Below are positions 8,338 to 13,150 of a stretch of DNA of 18,449 bases, one piece after another. Both the position numbers and the translations under genes were made by a program. Location of the stretch: NCBI GenBank assembly GCA_016219795.1, contig JACRKK010000105.1, forward strand, positions 1 to 18,449. Direction: 5' to 3'. Origin of the DNA: Candidatus Woesearchaeota archaeon (GTDB lineage Archaea > Nanobdellota > Nanobdellia > Woesearchaeales > JACRKL01). Numbering within the stretch: the stretch's first letter is position 1; the number at the start of each line of letters is the position of its first letter. The notes under the pieces are model-generated. The model saw nothing but the letters and a program-made list of their open reading frames with translations, had not been told where the DNA came from and made no database searches.

Positions 8338-8967
8338 ATGGGGGAGGATTTGAATATTACTTTTGAGCGCCTGTATGAACTCCAGCGCTTGGAGAAGGAA
8401 CGATCGCAGCTGCAGCAATTGCCACACACTTTTTTTGTTGATGTGGTAAGCTACCTCACAGCCAAGAAGATGGCGCTTGCCTCGCTTTCTGTTGTTGATG
8501 ATGAGCGGGAGCGGATTATTGTCCAGCTCAAGAATATACGACGTATTATCACCCAGCTCTACGAGCGCAGGCAGAGAAAGATTATTCTTATGGCACAGAA
8601 CAAAGTATCAACGCAGACGAAATTGCCTGAAATGGATGCGCTTTTGCCGGAAGAGGAATCCTTCTTTAAAGAGCTTGTCAGCGTGCTTGAGCGCAACAAT
8701 AAGGAGGTGTTGCTCAGATTGTTAGGAACTCACCAGCAGGAAACTGAAAACCAGCAGCCGGTTGCTTTGGAACAAAGCCCAGCTGTGGAGCAAGCTTCCC
8801 CTGAAAAAGAGACTAGAATTGTCCGTTTCTTAGGTAATGTGCCGCAGTTCTTTGGAGCGGATCTGGAGAGTTACGGACCGTTTGAGGAAGAGGATACAGC
8901 ATCCCTACCTCCTGATCTTGCAGAGATTCTTATTTCTAAGAGTCAGGCAGAATGGGTTGAAAAATAA
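8338..8967 (+). CDS. gins51: DNA replication factor GINS, Gins51 (Gins15)-type subunit
   Basis: The N-terminal A-domain pattern is ITFERLYELQRLEKERSQLQQLPHTFFVDVVSYL...RRQRKIILMA...LPEEESFFKEL. The C-terminal B-domain pattern is VRFLGNVPQFFGADLESYGPFEEEDTASLPPDLAEILI. The track start 8317 sits immediately after the TATA box, so ATG 8338 is preferred. Confidence 0.75.
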   Translation: MGEDLNITFERLYELQRLEKERSQLQQLPHTFFVDVVSYLTAKKMALASLSVVDDERERIIVQLKNIRRIITQLYERRQRKIILMAQNKVSTQTKLPEMDALLPEEESFFKELVSVLERNNKEVLLRLLGTHQQETENQQPVALEQSPAVEQASPEKETRIVRFLGNVPQFFGADLESYGPFEEEDTASLPPDLAEILISKSQAEWVEK

Positions 8968-9109
8968 AACGTAAGCTTTATAAATAAGCCAAAAATCCCT
9001 TTGTTATCGGTTTTCCCATAGATGGGGGCAAGAGAATGGCTCTTTTGATAAAAAGAAGCATTTATTCCCCTTATTTATGTAATTTAAAACATTTAAATGG
9101 TGAAAAAAC

Positions 9110-9598
9110 ATGCCTGGAGCATATGACGTTCAAAAAAGCAAATTAATCCTTAAAACAGCCGATGAACTAAAGAAACTTAATGAGATTAAACCACCTGTGT
9201 GGAGTGCCTATGTCAAGACTGGTGCACATAAAGAGCGCCCGCCTGTACTTAATGATTGGTGGTTTCAGAGAAGTGCTTCTGTACTGTGTGCTGTAGAAGC
9301 ATTAGGTCCCATCGGTGTGGCAAAGCTCCGAACCAAATATGGCGGTAAGAAGAATAGGGGTCACAAGCCCGAGAAGTTCTACAAGGCATCAGGCAATATC
9401 CTCCGAAAGGTTCTCCAGCAGTTGGAAAAGGCGGGATTCATCAAACAGGCTACTATCAAAGGTCACAAGGGTAGGGTTATCACACCCAAAGGCAAGGCAT
9501 TCCTTGACCAGTCAGCAAAGCAAATTCCTCAGGAGCGTCAGGAGAAGAAGGCTCCATCACCAAAACAGGAACAGAAACCTTCCAAGAAAAATGGATAA
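9110..9598 (+). CDS. rps19e: 30S ribosomal protein S19e (eS19) with a short K/E/Q-rich C-terminal extension
   Basis: PPVWSAYVKTGAHKERPP, DWWFQRSASVL, GGKKNRG and ILRKVLQQLEKAGF match S19e. The TATA-like AATTTAAAAC at 9081-9090 is centred about 25 nt upstream. Confidence 0.92.
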   Translation: MPGAYDVQKSKLILKTADELKKLNEIKPPVWSAYVKTGAHKERPPVLNDWWFQRSASVLCAVEALGPIGVAKLRTKYGGKKNRGHKPEKFYKASGNILRKVLQQLEKAGFIKQATIKGHKGRVITPKGKAFLDQSAKQIPQERQEKKAPSPKQEQKPSKKNG

Positions 9599-9848
9599 GG
9601 AGGGCATGCAACTTCAGCAGAAGATAGTGATGCTGGAGCAGATGGTCCGTAGCAAATTGGCAAGTGAGGCCTGGGCGCGTTATTGCACCCTTAAACTTGC
9701 CCATCCGGAAACTACCATGCAGCTGTTGGTGACGCTTGCAGAAGCGGTGCAGGCAGGGCATGTCCGAGAACAGATTACCGATACTGAGCTTAAATCCCTG
9801 CTAAGGGAAATGCAACCAAAAAAAAAACAGTTTACCATACGGAAATAA
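9591..9848 (+). CDS. PDCD5/TFAR19-like double-stranded DNA-binding protein (archaeal COG2118 family)
   Basis: The 3' third of track ORF 9315..9848 reads MDKEGMQLQQK...ASEAWARYCTLKLAHPETTMQLLVTLAEAVQAGHVREQITDTELKSLLREM. The gene sits in the conserved archaeal position between rps19e and rpl39e. Its start overlaps the S19e stop by 8 nt. ATG 9606 is an alternative start. Confidence 0.8.
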   Translation: MDKEGMQLQQKIVMLEQMVRSKLASEAWARYCTLKLAHPETTMQLLVTLAEAVQAGHVREQITDTELKSLLREMQPKKKQFTIRK

Positions 9849-9849
9849 C

Positions 9850-10023
9850 ATGGCACGATATATCCACATCAGCAGAAAAAAACGGCTTGCAAAACTGGCA
9901 AGACGCACCAAGTGGGCACCATTTTGGACAGTCCCACGTATCTACGGTAAAGGAAGAAGGGTCCACCCAGGCAGGCATACTATGATTAAGCGCCACTGGA
10001 GAAGAACCAAAACTAAGGCATGA
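9850..10023 (+). CDS. rpl39e: 50S ribosomal protein L39e (eL39); 57 aa, absent from the ORF track
   Basis: Manual translation gives MARYIHISRKKRLAKLARRTKWAPFWTVPRIYGKGRRVHPGRHTMIKRHWRRTKTKA. The ATG is 1 nt after the preceding stop. Confidence 0.9.
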   Translation: MARYIHISRKKRLAKLARRTKWAPFWTVPRIYGKGRRVHPGRHTMIKRHWRRTKTKA

Positions 10024-10027
10024 GACT

Positions 10028-10456
10028 ATGACAGATGAACGAACCTATGTAATCCCACTACGGAAGGAATGGCTCAAGACACCAAAATACAGGCGTGCGA
10101 AAAAAGCAGTCGCTGCGGTAAAGGTGTTCCTCCAAAAACATATGAAAGGGGAAGAAGTAAGGCTTGGCAAGTTCTTGAATGAGGATTTATGGAAACATGG
10201 CATCCAGAACCCGCCTCCACGCATCAAGGTCAATGTTCTTAAGGATAAGGAAGGAGTAATCCGGGCAGAATTGTTCGGCAAACCCATTCAGCAGGGAAAA
10301 GAAGAGACCAAGAAAGAAGAGAAGAAGGAACAGAAGAAAGAGAAAACACCAGCAAACGAAGTGGAAGCTGAGATTGTCGAAACAAAAGAAGAAGTGCCCA
10401 AGGCTGATGCTCCCAAGAAGAAGGCAGCAAAGAAAGCAGCGCCAGAACAGCAATAA
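10028..10456 (+). CDS. rpl31e: 50S ribosomal protein L31e (eL31) with a 55-aa K/E/A-rich C-terminal extension
   Basis: YVIPLRKEWLKTPKYRRAKKAV...NEDLWKHGIQNPPPRIKV matches L31e. The tail from about residue 88 is a low-complexity EETKKEEKKEQKKEK...KKKAAKKAA. Confidence 0.9.
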   Translation: MTDERTYVIPLRKEWLKTPKYRRAKKAVAAVKVFLQKHMKGEEVRLGKFLNEDLWKHGIQNPPPRIKVNVLKDKEGVIRAELFGKPIQQGKEETKKEEKKEQKKEKTPANEVEAEIVETKEEVPKADAPKKKAAKKAAPEQQ

Positions 10457-10467
10457 TCTTTTTGTGC

Positions 10468-10485
10468 AAATTTTTTTAAATGAGT
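10468..10485 (+). promoter_or_regulatory. BRE/TATA-like promoter AAATTTTTTTAAATGAGT; near-identical twin of the tRNA-Ser promoter
   Basis: It differs at one position from 10974-10991. The TATA is centred about 24-25 nt upstream of ATG 10502. Confidence 0.5.
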
Positions 10486-10501
10486 GTCTCTTCGCTTTCT
10501 T

Positions 10502-10588
10502 ATGGATGCATTAACTCTTGATGACAGGCTTTCTCTGATGCTCATGGAGTGGGGATATGGCTTTGGGAGCGGGTTGGGAAGCATGTAG
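10502..10588 (+). CDS. Candidate leaderless 28-aa micro-ORF (MDALTLDDRLSLMLMEWGYGFGSGLGSM); could equally mark the 5' end of a non-coding transcript
   Basis: The ATG lies at the predicted transcription start of the promoter at 10468-10485. There is no homology argument, only position. Confidence 0.25.
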   Translation: MDALTLDDRLSLMLMEWGYGFGSGLGSM

Positions 10589-10756
10589 GGGTAGTTATTA
10601 CTTCAGCCCCTCAAGCAGGATTCTCCTCCAAAAGATCCTGTTCTATTTAAGCAGGGCGAGGCGCATAAGATAGTTGGGTTTAGGGCAGGGTTAATGTATC
10701 CGCCTGCTCCCTTATAAGAGAAAAATTGATATACTCTTCTACCCCATAAGAGGATT

Positions 10757-10963
10757 ATGACCAAGCAAGAGCCAGAGTCATGCTGGGAGTTTTGGCATTG
10801 TCCCAAGAACGTGAAAGAACAGTGTCTTGCCTACAAGCTTGATGCCGGTAACAGATGCTGGCTAGTGTCTGTTGAATTTTGTCCACGAGCCCACCAGGAG
10901 TTCAGTAATTGCATGGCATGTCCCTGGTTTAAGAAAATGAACCCGGATTTTGGCAAATGCTAA
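10757..10963 (+). CDS. Stand-alone two-CW-domain-like cysteine-rich protein (68 aa, 8 Cys)
   Basis: SCWEFWHCP...C...GNRCWLVS..FC...F.NCMACPWF matches my recollection of the two-CW domain (CWEF..C, a second CW, a C-x2-C near the end). GAGG lies 5 nt upstream of the ATG, and a TATA-like CTTATAAGAG is at 10710-10720. Confidence 0.65.
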   Translation: MTKQEPESCWEFWHCPKNVKEQCLAYKLDAGNRCWLVSVEFCPRAHQEFSNCMACPWFKKMNPDFGKC

Positions 10964-10973
10964 GACCTTTCTG

Positions 10974-10991
10974 AAACTTTTTTAAATGAGT
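10974..10991 (+). promoter_or_regulatory. BRE/TATA-like promoter AAACTTTTTTAAATGAGT for tRNA-Ser
   Basis: The TATA is centred about 31 nt upstream of the mature tRNA 5' end at 11015, consistent with a short leader removed by RNase P. Confidence 0.55.
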
Positions 10992-11014
10992 ACGATTCTT
11001 CTTTGAGGATTTGT

Positions 11015-11098
11015 GCCGCAGTGCGACAACCCGGGACTCGGTCCGCCTCGAAAGCGGATTAGCGAAAGCTTATCCAGGTTCAAATCCTGGCTGCGGCG
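11015..11098 (+). tRNA. tRNA-Ser (anticodon CGA), class II with a long variable arm, no intron, CCA not encoded
   Basis: Folded by hand. Acceptor stem GCCGCAG/CTGCGGC has 7 bp. Anticodon stem is TCCGC/GCGGA with loop CTCGAAA (U33, anticodon CGA, A37). The variable arm TTAGCGAAAGCTTAT has a GAAA-capped stem. T arm is CCAGG-TTCAAAT-CCTGG, and the discriminator is G. Confidence 0.92.
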
Positions 11099-11202
11099 TA
11101 TTGTTTCATTTTGATTCTGCCAGGATTTGAACATGCACCCCAACTTCGTTGGTGGCACCTACTCATCGCCTGCGGCTCTTCGTAGGAATCCTGGCTGCGG
11201 CG
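11078..11202 (+). repeat. tRNA-Ser-derived repeats: a 14-nt inverted copy of the T-arm/acceptor junction and a 16-nt direct copy of the tRNA 3' end
   Basis: GTTCAAATCCTGGC (11078-11091) is exactly complementary to GCCAGGATTTGAAC (11119-11132). AATCCTGGCTGCGGCG (11083-11098) recurs at 11187-11202. Confidence 0.85.
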
Positions 11203-11226
11203 GTTTTCTATGCCATTCAATATAAT

Positions 11227-11346
11227 CTGCGTTTTCCACTAGTGTATTCACTAGTGGCTCAATGGAAAACGCAGGGTTAAAGAAAATCGGCCCGAGCGAA
11301 GCGAGAATGCCGCCGGTCTATTGACCGGCGGTGGCCGATTTTCTTT
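11227..11346. other. Two adjacent long nested hairpins sharing a TATT (UAUU) tetraloop; candidate structured ncRNA or bidirectional terminator module
   Basis: Hairpin B spans 11227-11274, with 9 bp + 9 bp and an 8-nt 3' bulge. Hairpin C spans 11279-11346, with a 14-bp outer stem, a 16-nt 5' bulge containing GCGAAGC, and a 9-10-bp GC-rich inner stem. A T-run follows on the plus strand and an equivalent T-run follows on the minus strand. Confidence 0.7.
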
Positions 11347-11409
11347 TTACGAAAGAACCAATGGGGGCAGTAACAGCAGGACTAATCACAGGAGTTATAG
11401 ATATAAACC

Positions 11410-11643
11410 CTAACTCCCCACAACCATCTTTTTCTTGGCTGACGCTTCCCCAATCAGAGCTTTCTCCAGTTCAAGAATTTTTTGGGTAATGAGACTTTTG
11501 GTGTTAAGCGTGTACAGCTTGGTTTTACCGAACTGGTGCGTTACCTTCACAATGCCATGCATCTCAGGCATCGGCCAGTAGTTGAACAATGATGCACGGG
11601 AAATCTCTGCACTCTCTATCAGGTCAGTTTTAGTGAAGTCCAT
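11410..11643 (-). CDS. Small putative winged-helix DNA-binding protein (77 aa)
   Basis: The pattern DLIESAEISRASLFNYW...GIVKVT..FGKTKLYTLN resembles a recognition helix plus beta-wing. No specific family was recognised. Confidence 0.5.
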   Translation of the reverse strand: MDFTKTDLIESAEISRASLFNYWPMPEMHGIVKVTHQFGKTKLYTLNTKSLITQKILELEKALIGEASAKKKMVVGS

Positions 11644-11714
11644 GCCTTTATTATCAACGAAAAAGTCTAGAAACCCAAACTAATATATAGGGGGACACTC
11701 TATAATTCTGTAAT

Positions 11715-12350
11715 ATGGCAGCCACGGAACCAGAGGAGTTATCCCAGAAAACAAAGGATATACCCCTTAAGGAGTCTCACCACTTACTCCAGAAGCTTGG
11801 TCTTGGCTTCTGGATATTTGTGGTGTTGGTGTTTTCTTTTGGTTTCATGTTCATCTTCTACCTGCAGGAAATCATCAAGCTTGCCGTGAGCGGTTATGGG
11901 TACCTTGGGATCTTTGTCATGTCCTTTATCACTGACATCTTGGTGCAGCCCGTAGGGCCGGATGTACCGTTAGTGTTTGGCCTCTTCACCGAATCATTCA
12001 ACCCTTTATTGGTGCTTGCACTTGTGCTTTTGGGAAGTTATCTTGCGCTGTTCGTAGCGTATTATATTGGGAGAGATATTGGTGCTGCTGGCATCGAAAA
12101 AATGGTAGGAACGCTCACTTACCAAAAACTGCTGAAATCCCCTTCTTACGGATTGTGGATTTTGTTTCTTGGGGCACTGACGCCTATCCCTTATGTGCCT
12201 TATTTTGCAGGATTGTGGCACCTATCGTTTAGGGATGTCCTTATATATGCGGTAGTACCAAGAACCATCCGTCTTGTTGCCGTTTTCCTTCTGGCCTATT
12301 ACCTTGGGACCGAAGTTTTCCACATTGTTATCTTTGGCAGCACCACCTAA
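11715..12350 (+). CDS. YqaA/DedA-like (VTT/SNARE-associated domain) integral membrane protein
   Basis: Polytopic. GIFVMSFITDILVQPVGPDVPLVFG and LGALTPIPYVPYFAGLWHLSFRDVLIYAVVPRTIRLVAV resemble the YqaA pattern. The TATA-like TAATATATAG at 11681-11690 is centred about 29 nt upstream of the ATG. Confidence 0.6.
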   Translation: MAATEPEELSQKTKDIPLKESHHLLQKLGLGFWIFVVLVFSFGFMFIFYLQEIIKLAVSGYGYLGIFVMSFITDILVQPVGPDVPLVFGLFTESFNPLLVLALVLLGSYLALFVAYYIGRDIGAAGIEKMVGTLTYQKLLKSPSYGLWILFLGALTPIPYVPYFAGLWHLSFRDVLIYAVVPRTIRLVAVFLLAYYLGTEVFHIVIFGSTT

Positions 12351-12423
12351 AAAAGAGCGAAAGCTTTAAATACCTCTACCTTATTACTCTCCCATCAGCA
12401 AATTCTCAAGGGGTGTTTTGCTA

Positions 12424-13062
12424 ATGAATGCTGAACAAGTCTTACATACAGGAACTACAACCATAGGAATCATTGCAAGGGATGGCATTGTGTTTGTCGC
12501 AGACAAGCGAGCGACTGCAGGTAATTTTATTGCAAACAAGAGTGTGGAGAAAATTCAGATTCTCAACGATAGGATGGCAATTACCACCGCAGGGAGCGTC
12601 TCTGATGTGCAGCTCTTGACTAAATATATCAAGGCAGAGATAAAACTAAAGGAGATTTCCACTAATAGGGAGGCCTCAGTCAAGGAAGCGGCCAACCTTC
12701 TGGCAGGCATTGTCTATAACAATGTACGGCAGTTTAGTGCAATACCTGGCATTTCCCATTTCCTTTTCGCCGGCGTTGATGGGCAGGGCTTCCATCTTTA
12801 TGATCTTTATGCGGATGGTTCCCTGACAGAATGCGATGATTTTGTTTCTTCCGGTTCTGGTTCAGTCATGGCCTATGGTGTTCTGGAGACGCTCTATAAA
12901 AAAGAGATTTCCATTGAAGCAGCAACAGAGCTTGGCCTTAAAGCACTGCAGGCAGCCCTCAATAGGGACAGTGCTTCCGGCAATGGGGCAGATGTGGTGG
13001 TCATCACCAAAAAAGGCGTGAAAAAGGTAGCAACAAAGCAGATCGATACAAACCTGAAATAA
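12424..13062 (+). CDS. psmB: Proteasome beta subunit precursor
   Basis: A short propeptide (MNAEQVLHTG) is followed by the active-site TTTIGIIARDGIVFVADKRAT. GGGTG lies about 9 nt upstream of ATG 12424. The track starts 2 codons earlier at a TTG. Confidence 0.92.
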   Translation: MNAEQVLHTGTTTIGIIARDGIVFVADKRATAGNFIANKSVEKIQILNDRMAITTAGSVSDVQLLTKYIKAEIKLKEISTNREASVKEAANLLAGIVYNNVRQFSAIPGISHFLFAGVDGQGFHLYDLYADGSLTECDDFVSSGSGSVMAYGVLETLYKKEISIEAATELGLKALQAALNRDSASGNGADVVVITKKGVKKVATKQIDTNLK

Positions 13063-13129
13063 TGTTCTGTTTTTTCCAGCTGATTTCGATGTCAAAGGAA
13101 TATTTTAACCATAAGGAGAAGTTCTTGAA

Positions 13130-13150
13130 ATGATGGTGGTAGTACTATGA
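13130..13150 (+). promoter_or_regulatory. Six-codon upstream ORF (MMVVVL) whose stop overlaps the aCPSF1 start codon (CTATGA)
   Basis: ATGATGGTGGTAGTACTATGA was read directly. AAGGAGA (13113-13119) lies 10 nt upstream of the uORF ATG. The TATA-like AATATTTTA (13099-13107) is centred about 27 nt upstream of it. Confidence 0.3.

Noticed and set aside
8975-9060. A TATA-like GCTTTATAAATAAG after gins51 that might drive a small RNA or ORF
   Set aside because: Only 8-36-codon ORFs without features follow it. AAGAG-AATGG-CTCTT plus a T-run looks like a gins51 terminator region.
9315-9590. The N-terminal 92 codons of track ORF 9315..9848
   Set aside because: They run out of frame through rps19e and have an Arg/Ser-rich nonsense-like composition. 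The real PDCD5-like gene starts at 9591 or 9606.
10519-10538. A C/D-box sRNA, suggested by TGATGA at 10519-10524 and CTGA at 10535-10538
   Set aside because: The spacer is only 10 nt. There is no second C'/D pair or terminal D box at the expected distance, and no terminal stem.
10187-10584. Several minus-strand ORFs (88, 76 and 98 aa) opposite the L31e tail
   Set aside because: They are artefacts of the low-complexity GAA/AAG-rich tail read in antisense frames.
10654-10690. A G-quadruplex candidate with four GGG tracts
   Set aside because: The first loop would be about 19 nt, so the prediction is weak. No supporting context was found.
11119-11196. A possible second tRNA gene on either strand, suggested by an acceptor-like 7-9-bp stem GCCAGGA/TCCTGGC and a TTCAAAT-complement
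   Set aside because: Folding by hand on both strands gives no acceptable T arm, D arm or 7-nt anticodon loop. On the minus strand the T stem would be GCATG/CCTGG with only 3 of 5 pairs. It is treated as a tRNA-derived repeat, not a tRNA.
11099-11409. SRP (7S) RNA, considered because 7S RNA genes are linked to tRNA-Ser in some methanogens
   Set aside because: I found no helix-8-type motif (a GNAR tetraloop hairpin followed by the AGCA/GGAGCAG symmetric-loop sequence). The region is also too short and has the wrong architecture.
12355-12365. AGCGAAAGCTT, an 11-mer identical to the tRNA-Ser variable arm (11061-11071), considered as a distal att site bounding an element from 11099 to 12354
   Set aside because: Similarity does not extend beyond the 11 nt. 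By my rough estimate, tens of 11-mer repeat pairs are expected by chance in 18 kb. No integrase lies between the copies.
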